Source: Octopus vulgaris (lineage: Eukaryota). From it: a DNA stretch of 64,000 bases. The notes under the pieces were generated by a model. The model was not told where the DNA came from. It did no database searches and saw only the letters and a program-made list of their open reading frames with translations. Numbering within the stretch: the stretch's first letter is position 1; the number at the start of each line of letters is the position of its first letter. Positions 27,027-41,590 of this stretch are shown here, one piece after another. The stretch is from positions 71,052,001-71,116,000 of the forward strand of contig OX597833.1 in assembly GCA_951406725.2 (NCBI GenBank), given 5' to 3'. The translations under genes and the position numbers were made by a program.

Positions 27027-27414
27027 AGGAGTGGCTGTGTGGTAAGTAGCTTGCCTACCAACCACATGGTTCCGGGTTCAGTCCCACTGCATGGCATCTT
27101 GGGCAAGTGTCTTCTGCTATAGCCCCGGGCCGACCAATGCCTTGTGAGTAGATTTGATAGACAGAAACTGAAAGAAGCCTGTCGTATATATGTATATATA
27201 TATATGCATGTGTGTGTCTGTGTTTGTCCCCCTAGCATTGCTTGACAACCAATGCTGGTGTGTTTACGTCCCCGTCACTTAGCGGTTCGGCAAAAGAGAC
27301 CAATAGAATAAGTACTGGGCTTACAAAGTTGATTTGCTCGACTAAAGGCGGTGCTCCAGCATGGCCGCAGTCAAATGACTGAAACAAGTAAAAGAGAGTA
27401 AAAGAGTAAAGAGT
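27027..27414 (+). mobile_element. SINE family A
   Basis: Homology to 4493-4890, flanked by opposite-strand copies at ~26430-26697 and ~27622-27972. Confidence 0.88.
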
Positions 27415-28623
27415 ATAGGGGTCACATTCTGAGCCTGTGATGTTGTCTCACATATCAAATGTCTATTCAAGCTTAGATGACAGATGGTTATGTCCGGAAT
27501 TTATGAAAACAGAAACGTGCACACGGGGCAAGTTCAAACAGGTTTCTTACAGCAACTGTTCACACCAACAGGTTCTTTGTTTGGGAATCTGTCAGGCACA
27601 GAACTATGAATGAATATATATTCTTTTACTGGTTTCAGTCATTTGATTGTGGCCATGCTGGGGCTCTGCCTTTAGCTGAGCAAATCAACTCCAGGACTTA
27701 TGACATAAGCACACTAGCATCGGTTGTCAAGCAATGTGGTGGGGACAAACACACGTGTGTGTAAATATATATATATATATATAGATAGATATATATATAT
27801 ATATGTATATGATGGGCTTCTTTCAGTTTCCATTTACCAAATCCACTCACAAGGCTTTGGTCGGCCCGAGGCTATAGTAGAAGACACTTGCCCAAGGTAT
27901 CACACCGTGGGACTGAACCTGGAACCATGTGCTTGGCAAGCAAGCTACTTACCACACAGCCACTACTGCACCCATATATATAAGGCTTGCCAAGGTGTAT
28001 AAAAGAAACAGAAGTCATATACCCAACCCTTGACTTTTAAAGGAAGAACATTCATATTGTTATAGATACACTAAAGCTTGAATGTCTGCTTGGTTGAATT
28101 CAAAATGTTAATTTTTACTCTGGGTTACCTCAAACACTGATGTTTAACCATTAACTTTTGTCAAGCACAGGTCTTTCAGCATATTTTTTTTCTTCATTCT
28201 CTACTTCTTTGTGCTTAAATGTTACAATTTAGAATGCAATCAATCATCGTCATCATTTAACGTCCGCTTTCCATGCTAGCATGGGTTGGATGGTTTGACT
28301 GAGGACTGGCGAACCAGACTCCAATCTGATCTGGCAGAGTTTCTACAGCTGGATGCCCTTCCTAATGCCAAACCACTCCGAGAGTGTAGTGGGTGCTCTT
28401 ATGTGCCACCAGCACGTGGGCCAGTTTGGTGGTACTGGCAACAGCCACACCCAAATGGTGCTTTTTATGTGCCACCTGCACTGGAAACCACCTCGCTCGA
28501 ATGTTTCACGTGCTTAAAATAAAAAAATATTCATAATTCTTCAAAGAATTGCTTATAATTATCCACCCTTTAGCATTCAGATTACTCTTGAATTTATTGT
28601 TTTGAATTAACCATGCATCACCC

Positions 28624-28924
28624 CAGGGGTTCTCAAACGTTTTGGGCCACTGTCCCCACCTCATGGCCACATAATACACTCAGTACCTCCAACCCTATTT
28701 TTATGTGTAAATATTTTACCAATCTATATATATTATAAATCCTTTGATATTTAATATATAATTTGTATAAAACACTATAACTACATAATAAATTCATAGC
28801 GGCCCCAATTCATTGTCTTCCTCTCAACCCCTCCTTTTTTCTCTACGCTCCCTGAGGCACCAGTGCCCACCTGGACCGTCTCAATACCCACTGGGGGGGA
28901 TAGCACCCACTTTGAGAACCTATG
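28624..28924. mobile_element. hAT-type MITE nested inside a TTAA-type MITE
   Basis: TIR CAGGGGTTCTCAAAC / CTTTGAGAACCTATG with an imperfect 8 bp TSD catcaccc/cattatcc. The host MITE runs ~28562-29030. Confidence 0.65.
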
Positions 28925-31900
28925 CATTATCCCCTAGCTTTGAAATTTAAATGATGTAATTGTTTATCTTTAGAATGGCATCTCAAGGCCAGGTGCAAGA
29001 GGTTGGATGTGGTTGCCTTGTACATAAAACAGTTCAATTACTGAATTAAATTAGGACATTGGGGAACCCAGGGATGAAAATACAACCCCAAAAAAATTAT
29101 GATAATGTAGTCCAAGATACCCAAAGGGTTGGAATGCCCATCTGTGGCAGGGCTGATTAGAAGCGTGTTTACTCGGACTAACTAAGGGTAAAATGTGAAT
29201 AGACTCATCAGCAGAGAATCAAGCTGTATAAGCAGCAAGCTTTACAACTGGACAGGATACCCTTTACTTGCCACAAGTCTACCTTACAGCAAGTTCCTAC
29301 CAACAGCAGACCAGGACAGTCCTGGGCCACACTGATTTTACTTAACGACTTGATGATACACTTTTATTTAATAATAATAATCATCATCCTTAAAACGTCC
29401 ATTTTCCATGCCAGCATGGGTTGGATGGCTTGACTAGGGTCTGGGAAGCCAGGAGGCTGCACCAGGCTGCAGTCTGATCTGATCTGGCAGAGTTTCTACA
29501 GCTGGATGCCCTTCCCAACACCAACCACTCCGAGAGTGTAGTGGGTGCTTTCTTACGTGCCACTGACCACGATTGGTTGGCGCGTATTACGTGCCACTGG
29601 CACGGAAGCCAGTCAAGTCAGTACAGGCATTGGCCATGTTCAGACGTTCTCACTGAGCATCAAGAGAACCTTTACCCGTCCAGATTAAAAGAGAAATCAG
29701 ATCATCAGTTGCCAGAATATTGGAAGTTTTATGTGCAGTAGCGAAATACTAGTGCCACTTGGAAAGTTCCTGGCGGTGCTTCCACTAAAAACCTGTTGTT
29801 GAAAAGTACCCAGCAGATACTCTGTAAAGTGGTTGGCATTAGGAAGGGCATCCAGCTGAAGAAACTATGCTAAAAGAGAGAACCAGTACCAGGTGCATCC
29901 CTGCAGCTTGCCAGTTCCAACCCATGCCAGCATGGAAAACGTATATTAAATGGTGATGAGTATACATATACACGACGGGCTTCTTTCAGTTTCCATCTAC
30001 CAAATCCACTCACAAGGCTTTGGTCAGTCCGAGGCTATAGTAGAAGAGGGACTGAACCCGGAACCATGTGGATGGGAAGCAAGCTACTTACCACACAGCC
30101 ACTCCTGCACCTAATGAAATGCAAAAAACCAATCACTCAGTTGAAAGATTCGTCTGAGAGGAAGAAGAAAAAACCCAAACTCAGTGTCACAAATTCAACA
30201 TCGTTAGTCCTAAATTATAATTACCTGCAAATATCTTGCCTAATGTAGAGATTATGTTCTTATTCAGTAAAATTTGTATGGTATGAAAATCCTAAAAACC
30301 ACTACATTTTTTTTTTAGTCGGTGTGGCAAGTAGCTTGCTTACCGAGCACATGGTTCGGGGTTCAGTCTCACTACGTGGCACCTTGGGCAAGTGTCTTCT
30401 ACTATAGCCTCAGGCTGACCAAAACCCTGAGTGGATTTGGTAGACAGAAACTGAAAGCCCATCGTATATATATGCATATGATTGTGTGTCTGTTCACCCA
30501 CCATTGCTGGTGTGATTATGTCCCCATAACTTAGCAGTTTGGCAAGAGAGACCAACAGAATAAGTACTAGACTTACCAAGAATAAGTCCTGGGGTTGATT
30601 TGTTCGACCAAAAGGTGGTGCTCCAGCATGGCTGCAGTCAAATGACTGAGACAAACAAAAGGATGAACCCTATTTGCGTCCTTCTGAAGAACCAGGCAGA
30701 GAACACCTGCATTTTCGCCTCCCATCAATACACAAGACTTACCAAATATCCATTCTTTGCTGATGCAGACAACCAGTAGTCTGTGTGGTCTTAAATATGT
30801 CAGCAATCTCGTGAATTTAAATCATGCTTAGAAATCTCAACTTACCCTTGTGAAGAAGCTATTCCAGAGACAATCCGTCCATTGTTAGGCAGGTCATTAG
30901 ATCTAATAGCAGCTCATCATCTTTAATTACATCTAAACACTGACAAAATCTCTCCAGCACAAATAGGTTATTTGTAGAACAATCACGAAGCAGAGACGAC
31001 TGAATGGACAAAGGCAACTGGCCAAAGGTTCGTGTGCCATTGTATTGTGTCCAAGAAATCCAATGCTTAAAAAGCTACAATGGATGGAATTAATCTGTTT
31101 AACCCTTCAGGTACCCACCGACCTGAAGCTTGCCCCCAATTCTAAGACAAAAACTCTCCGTTTTATTGTGATCAAAATTGAAATTTCAGATCAAAATTGC
31201 AGGTTAATTTATGCTCTTAAACACTACCTTAACGAGTTGTTTTACTAAATTCATATTTGGAAAATAAATTGAACCAAAGGCAGAGTTTTACAACAGAAAT
31301 ATAACAACAAAAGGATTAAAGGAAAGAAGGAAAAACCCAAAAAGCAATCTTTTTTTATTGAAATATTATCAGTAAATATAAGGTATCCTAACATTAGGCG
31401 CAGGAGTGGCTGTGTGGTAAGTAGCTTGTTTACCAACCACATGGTTCCGGGTTCAGTCCCACTGCATGGCATCTTGGGCATGTGTCTTCTGCTACAGCCC
31501 CGGGCCGACCAAAGCCTTGTGAGTGGATTTGGTAGACGGAAACTGAAAGAAGCCTGTCGTCGTTGCTTATTGATGTTGCTGTCTTGGAAACAGGTGGAAA
31601 ACTGTAGCAAGAATACTAGGTGCACGCAGCCTTTATTTAAGTAAAAGCTGTTTATTTACTTACCAAACAAAGGACATATCTTAAAGTGGCAAACAACAGA
31701 GAATAAATATATTCTGCTCAGCAACTTGAGGTGATTTTAAGGTAAAAAAAGAAGAGCAGAAAATGTGTCACCCGGCTTCCATTCTTTTCCAGTTGATAAC
31801 TGTTATGGAATTTTTAAAAAATCAAAGAACTTACCATATTTTGTGTTTATAATACACATACTTCCAGCAGAAGGGTGAACATTGCAAAAAGGGTCAATGT

Positions 31901-32517
31901 TTTTTTTTTATCCATGGCCAAAAGTCATCAAGTATAAAAACAAAGCAGACACAACACAAAGTGACCAGATCACAGAGTGCTGCCAGGCTTTCTGACCGTT
32001 GGCCAACACTACTTATATTTATTTAACTAAAGCAAACCCATGATTGTCCAAATTCCATCTGAAGGATACAAAAAGCAAACACTGAAATGCTGTTCTTCAT
32101 TCTTTATTTGTAAGTGTTCCCCGCAAGAGTGTAATTGGTCAAGGTTGTTTAGTATCTTACTAGCACATGGAAAGGGTTCAGAAATATATTGGGAGACTGC
32201 AGCAGACCCAAAAAAACAGTGAAGTGGACTTTCTGTTTATAAGCCTCAGTATGGTGGGTCTCTACTGTTCCGTTGTCAGTGGGACCAACAGAAAAGGTAC
32301 ACCTTACAGTCAGAGGTATTGTTTCATAAAGACAACATTGAAGTGTGAGCTACCGGAAGTTTCATGCCTCTGGTAAATACAAAGATGAGACATGCCATGT
32401 AGTTTCAGGAAATCGCTTAGAATCTGATGTGTCTATAAAGGCGTATCTGACCAAGGAATTTTCAGAAACATCAAACTAATAACAGTTTGCATTTAAATCC
32501 TTATGTATGTGTGTATA

Positions 32518-32574
<57 letters not shown>

Positions 32575-32928
32575 ATATGTGTGTGTTGTGTATATGCGTG
32601 TGTATTTGTTATTTATATATATATATATGCAAGTGTGTGTACTGGCACAAGTGCCAATTTGCGTGACACCAGTAACTGCCACGACTGCGATTTTGCTTGA
32701 CTCAATTGGGTCTTCTCAAGCATGACATAAAGCCAAAGGTTCCAGTCGTTGCCTCTGAGGCCCAACACTCGAAAAATGCAGGTGTGTATAATATATATAT
32801 ATGCTACTAAATTTTGATTCAATAACCTAATAACGGATAATAACAAATGTGTTCCCGCCATGACCATCTGGGAAAATATAGGATTTTACATAAAAATATT
32901 TTATTCTACTGAAGTGCATAATTCATCT

Positions 32929-33148
32929 TTAACCCTTTAGCATTCAAACCGGCCAAAATATTTAACCTGTTTTATATTGAAACTGACCAGATCTCACCTC
33001 TCACCCCAGCCCTACCATGTCATTCTAAAACTGAAAAAATCCCATCACTGAAATCTCTAAATTACAAGATAATGCAGGATTAATTCAAACCATTTTCAAA
33101 AAACAAACATCACATTCGACAGAATAACCTGAACACTAAAGGGTTAAA
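32929..33148. mobile_element. piggyBac-type MITE (TTAA|CCCTTTAG ... CTAAAGGG|TTAA)
   Basis: TIRs with TTAA TSD. Same family at 33431-33640 (inverted), 34471-34626, 37522-37740, 41939-42168 and 28562-29030. Confidence 0.75.
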
Positions 33149-33430
33149 TCAACCAGCATCACCAAAACAAAAAGGGAAAATGCCAGCTTCTGTATCCCTG
33201 ATGATCAAAAGACAAATCCAAAGAAGGAAAAAAAAGTATCTTTTCTCAATTGTGGCAAAACATAACTAAAAATTAGTTAATTTGAGATAAGTTATTCCAG
33301 ATAAGGCCATCACATTAGATAACTGGTCTAATTTCCTAACAGCTCATTTAAGACATTTAAATAACTTTATTAATAGTAACACTGTTAGTAGTAAGACATG
33401 CCTTATCTAATTAAAAAGTAGCTCATCATG

Positions 33431-33640
33431 TTAACCCTTTAGTGTTCGCATTATTCTACCAAAATTAATGCTTTTTCATCCACATTGCCTTGAACTAATC
33501 ATGCATTATCTTGGAGCTATGAGATTTTGATGAGGTAGCTGTTAATTTTTAAGATGATATTGTAGGCTTGGTGTGTTTGAACATAAAACAGGCAGAATAC
33601 TTTTGGCCGGATATGGTCGGTTTAAACGCTAAAGGGTTAA
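33431..33640. mobile_element. piggyBac-type MITE, inverted relative to 32929-33148
   Basis: ttaaccctttagtgttc...gtttaaacgctaaagggttaa. Confidence 0.75.
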
Positions 33641-36600
33641 GTAAATAAAAATATTCACAAGATTTTGGAAGGTGAGAGAGGGGGAAAAAACTGGTGGAAG
33701 TAGGAATGGCTGTGTAAAAAAGAAGTTTGCTTCCCATCCACATGGTCCTGGGTTCAGTCTCACTGCCTGGCTGCTTGGGCAAGCGTCTTCTACTAGAGAG
33801 CCTTGGATTGACCAAAGCTGGAATCTCCAGTCTTTGAACCCATGAAAACCGACAAACATTTTGGGAAAAACAAATTAAAATAGTCAGTGGTGCATGAGCA
33901 ACTAATTTTGAAGGACTTGAAATTCCAGAAAGCTTAAAAAAAATTTTTTTAAATTTCATTATTGATGGTATCCTTTTTAATCAGGCTGTTTTCTTCAAAG
34001 ACGACTCCGAAGTCAAAGTGAATTAGACCTGGCATTTCAACTCTCCATGACTGAGTGGTTAAAGGGTTTGTATCACAACCATGAGGTCCCCAGGTGCCAA
34101 GCCTTCTCAATGAAATTAGGTGAACGGAAGCTACCTGTAAATCAACCATTCAGGTACAATTCTGCTTGTCCCACTATCACACTCCAAACTTTTGCCTGGT
34201 ACACGGACACTTCTCTTAGTTCCACTCCCTCCCTCAGCTGAAAGGGCCTTGCTTTGAAAGTTACTTGGTGACTCCGACACTGGTGGGTGCGCCACAACAG
34301 GAACCCCCAATACATTCTGTAAAGTGGCTGGCATTAGAAAGAACATCCGGCAATTGAAACCCTACCAAAACAGACAACTGCAGCTTGATGCAACCATCCA
34401 AACCCTGCCAGCGAGCCCATGAGTCTGGAATACTCAGCCACTTCACTTAGGTTGCCCATTTGATTAATTATTAACATTCAGATTACTCTGTCAAATGTGA
34501 TGCTAATTAATTCACACTGCTTTGAATTAATCATGCATTAGGTCATAGCTGCAAGATTTCAACGATACGATTATTTTGAGAATGACATTGTAGGGTAGGT
34601 GGGAGAGGCCAGACATGGTGGGTTAAACAGACAAAAGCAACAAAATACAGTCATTACGGGTTTCTATTATAATATGGAAGCGGCTTTTGTTAGGACATTG
34701 CCTGAAATCCATCAGTGGTAAACTATGGCCTGCAGGGTTTCCTAAATGGCACACACCGATGAAAAATTTGGGTCTGCAATGCATGCGTGAGACAGCAAGA
34801 TTCTCTGAAACTCAAAAATGGACCTTGAACCAGCTTCAATTGCAACAAATATACACACAACCTCATGATGTGTATATTTAGAGACAAAAGGAACAGGGTT
34901 CTTGATATAGCTAAAAAAAATAAATAAATAAAAAAGGGTTTACATAAATGTGGATGTGGAGGGAAAAAAAAAATGATAAAATGTCAGTCACAAAACAATG
35001 TATGTTGAAACGAGAGAAATTGCTTGGAAGCTTTTAATGCTAGGATCAGTCACATAAGAGCAATCCAATGCAAAAGAATTTTAACTGATTGCAAATGTAC
35101 ACATTGACAGACATAAAAATAAAACCCCAATTAAGAAATACTAATTAGTTTTATGACCGATTCAACTAATTAGGTGGATTATTTCTGCAGGAATATATTA
35201 CGTTGTGAACCTCTTGGAAAATTAAACTTCAGGGAGTTTGTGGAAACACCCATCAAATCAACCCACAAATAACAGCCGATATCATCCCACCGGTAATGCC
35301 CTTTTATTCCATTTTAGTGACGTAAGCCCTTTCATTACCATTCTTCTATTGAAATAAACTTCCTTTGTTTCAGCTAATTTTTAGAATAATTAAGAATTTG
35401 GTAAAATAATTGTTGTTATTAAGTTGCTGTTGTTTATAGCAGTGAAGCCGGCAGAATTGTTAGCATGTTGGATAAAAGGCTTAGCAGTATTTTGCCTGCC
35501 ACTAGATTCCGAGTTCAAATTCTGCCAATGTCAACTTTGCCCTTCATCCCACTGGGGGTTGATAAAATAAGTACCAGTCGAACACTGGGGTTTGATGTAA
35601 TTGACTCAACACCACCTCCCTCTGTGGTAAAAATTTGAAATAATTATTAAGGTGCTGCTTGAAACATTAATTAAACATTGAAATTTTGATGGAAAATTTT
35701 AATTTTTTATCACTTTGAAGTGATCTTCGGCAGTTTGATAACAAAAGGGTTAAATTAAAACCCGTCAAAATTTCACAATTTATATTCCAAATATCAGCTT
35801 AACAATGGACAAAGCTGTTTTCATAAATTTCATATCTTCCTTGAAACAATAAGCAGTAGATTGCAACAGACCAGAATAAACTTGAAATAAGCATCAGCTA
35901 AAACGAGTGAGTGCACGTGCACAGCTGGATACAAACCAGTGGGCAGTGGTTATACACTGCCAACTGAAGATGGGTTACAACACCACAACTAGACAAGTGG
36001 CAGTCTTCAACTTTGAAAATATGAAATTTCCATAGTTTACTAAATTTGTTTCCACTCCAACTAACCATCAAAATACCTGTACTGTAGGTGTTTCAAGGTA
36101 AGCAAGCTAAATGCTGCCAGCTAAGAAAACCATGTATCAGGTAACAAGTAATTCCTTTTAAAATGCAGACAATATCACAAGACTTAAAAATTCAAGTAGC
36201 TCAGCTGAGAATGCAACGCCTGGTCTTTTACTCAAAATCTTGCTGAGATTGCAACAAACAGTCAAAAGTGAATTTAAATTATATATATATATAACTACAG
36301 CTTGTAGATCCATCAGGGAATGGCTGTTGAGATGCATCTTGTAGTTACTTGCTAAGTGAAATATTCTATGAATAAAGGAGATTCACAAATAAGGAAACCG
36401 GTAAAAGAAGTTCAGCAAAATGGTACTAGACAAGAGTTTCGAAAGAACGGGAGAACTGATGAATCTTGGCCAAGGACAGATACTGTATTTTTAAAATTGT
36501 TCAACTGCCAAAACAGTTTGCTTCTATTAACTTCCAGGAGGATTCCACATTTTGCAATCTGGTAGTAGAACGGTAAAACAAGCAACATTGATGAGATTGA

Positions 36601-39600
36601 GACTCCAATTGAAATGTCATATCAGGATTGGCAGCAACAAACCTAAGTATGGAGGAGTGGGTTCAGTAGAAATTGAGCCATTGCTCCCCACTCCACCACT
36701 ATCGGTTCCTTTGGCAAGAATCCAAGAGAGTCTTCTGATATATCAATAACCTGCATATTGTAGAATCTGTTGACAAGCAACACAAATGGTCTGGAATCAA
36801 TAGTTAATGCAGTAAGAACTGGCAGAGTTGACATAAAAACCAAAAAACTTGAATATCACCCAACCAGCTGATAATCTTGGCAGAAGGCCATCAATTTAGG
36901 GGAAGTGAAATACATTTGATGACCCCCTCCCGTACTTCTTAGTTCGTTGACTGGAAGAGATGATAGGCAAAGTTGACCTTGGTGCAATCTGGACTCAGAA
37001 CATGAAGACAAATGAAATGCTGTTTCTTCTAAAGGCACAAGGCCTGAAATTACATCAACCCCAAAAGGATCAAAAGCAAAGTCGACCTCGACAGAATTTG
37101 AACTCAGGAAGTAGCAACAGGTGAAATACTGCTAAGCATTTCGTCCAGCACGCTAACAAGTATGGCAGCTTGCTGCTTGAATAACAATAGTAGTAGTAGT
37201 AGCAGCAGCAGAATAATATCTGAACGACATGATTTGCTTAGTGCGAGACGTATTAAAAGTAAAACAGTCTGGGGGATGCATCCCAAGAGTGAATCTACAA
37301 CGGCATACGACTGCATCTGTTGAAACACAGCTATTCAAGGTGGACAAGGCTTTCAGAGAGGTAAGCGACCCTTTCATCCAGCATCTACAGATCTGCTTGG
37401 TTAAGCATTTGATGGTAAGACTCTGAATTAAGCATATTACCAGAAATATTACAACTACGAAATATATGCCCACCACAATGGCACAGAGAAAACTGGGCCA
37501 AGCTGCAACATTTGACCGCAGATTAACCCTTTAGCATTTAAACCGGCCAAATGTGTTCTGCCTGTTTTATGTTCAAACTGGCCATATCTGGTCTCTCACA
37601 CCAACCCTACAATGTCGTTTTAAAAATTAACAGCTACCTCATCAAAATCTCAAAGCTACAAGATAATGCATGATTAGTTCAAAGCAATGTGGATAAAGAA
37701 GTATTAATTTTGGCAGAATAATGTGAACACTAAAGGGTAAATTGATCTTCAGGAAATTTAGCATAAATTAAATGTCAAACTGAGTCAACTGGTTTGCCAG
37801 ACCTCAGTCAAATCGTCCAACCCATGCTAAATGGGTTAAATGATGATGATCTACTCTATCATGATTGATCTGTTGATGTGAGGTTCTTCTTCCTATCAGT
37901 GGAGTGTTTTGTGCTAAGACTTTGCTCCATCACCATTATCTGCTCTCACTTATCTTTGCTACAGGAAGCTTATAAATGTGAAAGGTAATTTAAGAGTAGC
38001 GTAGACAGGGCTATCTGTTGATGAAGGTCCACTGATCTTATTGAAGCAATTAAAGTCTTGTCAATTTCTTCTGTTCAACCTCAAACGGGATGACTTGAAA
38101 ACTTGAATTATATTGTACAAAAGCCAGGATGGTCAAGAACCACTTTCATATCCAAAACCTGAAAAACCTTTTTATAAATCAGATTCAGTTTTCATTTTTG
38201 AGTGATGTGCAAGTTTAAGACAAATAGAACTGAATCCCAGTTGGCCAGTGTAGTTGAGGACATCCATGGCCAAAATATATGAAACCAATGTGGTGCTGCA
38301 GCCATTGTGATTCTCCAAGAGTAGCAGACCTTTGAGATTGGAATGTAGGTGCTTTCACAAATTCAAAACATTATAGACATCAAATCAAAAGCAACATACC
38401 AGGCAATTCACTATTTGGACAATCACTGATTGTTCACAACCGTTTTTCTCTCTTTCCATTCCTCTTACATTCATCACAATAGAAACTCCTGATTGAACAC
38501 CTCTGTAAAACTTTCGTCAAAGCTAAATTACATGATTTAGGAATCCTAACCAACAAACCCTCCTCTTAACACCACTGGTGGATACGACATTATATTATGC
38601 TGGAATCTTGATGCCTTTTACAGGGTGTTGGTCACTCAGTAAGTGGAGAAGTCCCCGGTAAAGTGAAAACCTGTCATCAAGATGAAACCACAGCAAATCG
38701 ATTTACGTCACATCTTAGATGGGCGCCTATGTTAGAGTCTTAAGAAGCTAGCTAGGATTCCCCTGACCTATGAGAGCCTACAAAAAAAAAAAAAAAAAAA
38801 AAGGGACTGAACACAATATAAGTCGAGGGTCAACAATATGGCAATGCTGCATGTTTCACTTAATATCATTACTTTAATGTCCATTTCCTTGAGCTTTGCA
38901 CGGATCAAACGGAATACATTGAGGGAGATTCTCCATGGCTCAACCCTTGCCTGTTTCCCAGCAATGTAATATTTCTCCATGGTCAAATGTTTTCACAGAA
39001 TACACTGGAAATGAATGACACTTGCCCGCTTTAAGAGAGATAAGTCGACAAACCTCGTGTGATGTCAAAACAAGAGCAGATGTACAAACATATAGAAGAT
39101 TTGTTCATGGGTTCATACAGGGTGGAAGCAAGGCCCTTAACCCTGCACTTTTATATTCCATGTCCAGTATAATCGATGGTCTTGAATGGTCCAAGAATAT
39201 CAATGCAAATTTGCAAAACCCATTGTATCATTACAATTATACAAGTGAATTCTTAAAGAATAAGAATTCTTTGAGAATCAATTATTCCATGACCAAAAGA
39301 GGCAGGAACCATTTCTATGTTTAACTTAACGTGTTCACTTTAGAGTTACTGAAACTAAAGAAGAAAAAAATAGGTGCCTAACATCAGAAATAAATGAAGA
39401 CGAAGATTGCATTTGATAATTAAAAGCACACAAACCACCAGCAGTAATAAACTGTGATAATTACCTACCAATAATCGCTGTTCTCAGAGACAAAACTACT
39501 TTTAGGAATCCCGGAAGAAAATCAAAAAACTTGTGCATCGATTAATGAGAAAGTTTCAAAAGTCATCAAGATACAAAACGAAAGAAGTTTTGATTTCTGC

Positions 39601-41499
39601 ACTTTATTTTTGGTTTTTTTTATCTGTTTTTATTTCAGTAAAACATACAGGTGTAAGATTACTGTTTTGTCAGGCTTATTGCATTTATTTTTCGAACAGG
39701 TTTAGATGTTGTTGGTAGACAAGAGCATGGCCTTTAAGAAGAATCCATCGCCGGACCAAGAGGATACAAAAACGTTTTGATCGGACTGAAGCGTTTAACA
39801 AGAAATACCTCCAGCAAACCCATAACATTTGTAATGGTGAGAGACTGCTCCTTCGACATGGGGACAGTCAAAGGGTGTGGTGGATCATTAGGAAGAGAGA
39901 AATATTGGATTCAGTTTGTTTTATACGGTTTAACATTATTGCAGGTTTATCTTTCTCCTCTTACAGAACTAGAATTTGCAGCATTGGCCTGAATACAAAG
40001 TAGACAACATTCTTGAGACTAATTTACAACTTTGCCGATATATATATTTTGGGAGTATTCATCATATAACAGAGTCGACTACTACAAGGAACAAGTGTAC
40101 TTTTCCAAGAGGAAGGAAAAAAAAAAACAGAACAGAAAAAAAAGGCCACCCGCTGCCAACCGAGGTCACCAAAGCAGCCTGTACTCTTCAAAATATACCA
40201 ATAGACAGAATATATATATATAAAAAAAAAACAAACAAAAAAACAGCTTCAACTGGCAGGACTATCTAAGAACTATAACAGATTCTCTGGCTTTGAAAAC
40301 TTTAAAACCTATTTTAAATGTTTTCATGTCCAGAACTTTTACAGTCCATATAAATTTGACAAAGTGTTGTTGACCATGAAGGGTCAACATTTTGCAAAAA
40401 AAAAAAAAAAAAAAAAAAAATCAATTTACGCGACATAAGATATTGTACTGTGAAAATATTAAGGGATGAGGAAAATAAAAGAAACACCAAATTTGGCTTA
40501 TTAACTAAAGAGGATCGTCACAATCCCGCCTAAATTCATCCATAGGAAAAGAGAGAAAAAAGATTATCCAGTCAATTAGATAAACCGAGGTGTGATCAAA
40601 TACAGAACCTCGCTGTTCAAAAGGCCTCCTCACAACAGAAGAAGACTGCTAGCAACAAGACTTTTTATTCAGCCAAAGGGTAACAATTAAAATATCAGTT
40701 GCTTGGTTAAGTCACCCCCACCACCATTGAGTGAGAAATCTGTAAAAGTGTGCACAAATTACCGGCAACGAAGCAGGTTCCAGACATAAAATCTTAGCAG
40801 CATGAGTAACCTAATATAAAGGCTGTTAAACTATATATTTACCACCGCCACCACGCTGACAGGAGGTGTTGTAAATCTCAACATATTTGACGATAATGCT
40901 AGCAGGGAGGTTCACACGAAACACACAACGCACATTAAAAGGATATTTTAAGGGAGAGAGAGAGAAAGAGCAAAAGAAAGAAAAAAAGCTTAATGTTCAA
41001 TCAGAATTATATCTTCAAACTAACATCAAACTCGAGTGAACTTTGGTCAGAATTCTTTTTCACCCCGAGATTAAATCAAAAGTTTGATCAGAAACTGCCA
41101 CGCACTTGGTTTTATCTCAGAAGTTGCCATTCGATACTTCAAGACCAAAATTGGGCAAATTTGCAACTTTAGAGTAAAGAAAAAAAAAAATCCCAGTCGT
41201 TAATATCTAAATTAAACCCCGAGATTAAACCCAGTCTATTGCGAGACATCGGGACAAGAGCAGAGAGAGACTTTAACTATCGTGGACAAATTAAATCCAT
41301 GAAAAGATTAACATAACAGCTTAACACATACAATGGAGAAGAAAAAAAATGTTTTTAAATGGTATTTCCCCCCTCAATACTTGTATTAGGTTCCTTAAAA
41401 ATTTATACCGATTTCCCTATAATCTTTACTAGGCCTCACATAAATAAAAACCCGCACTGGTCCGGCCCTATTTGTGTACAACTAAGCTGAATGATTTCA

Positions 41500-41590
41500 C
41501 CGTAGCCACATAACGTCATCTCTTTTCGCGCTCCATATCACGGTCGCGCATGCGCACAGTGCAACACTGCTTGTGTGACCACAGCCATCG
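41500..41590. promoter_or_regulatory. NRF1-like (GCGCATGCGC) and CRE half-site (ACGTCA) cluster
   Basis: taacgtcatc...ggtcgcgcatgcgcacag in a TE-free, locally CpG-rich segment. Confidence 0.35.

Noticed and set aside
30220-31835. Several minus-strand GTAAG donor-like sites
   Set aside because: They could not be assembled into exons with a coherent reading frame.
32041-38426. 12-nt matches to the miR-219 5' end (32041 plus, ~38415 minus) and a miR-34-like seed near 35955
   Set aside because: The 3' halves do not match and there is no pre-miRNA-sized hairpin; these are chance-level matches.
38636-38680. TGATGA...CTGA box C/D-like pair on the minus strand
   Set aside because: Too short, with no terminal stem and no recognisable rRNA antisense element.
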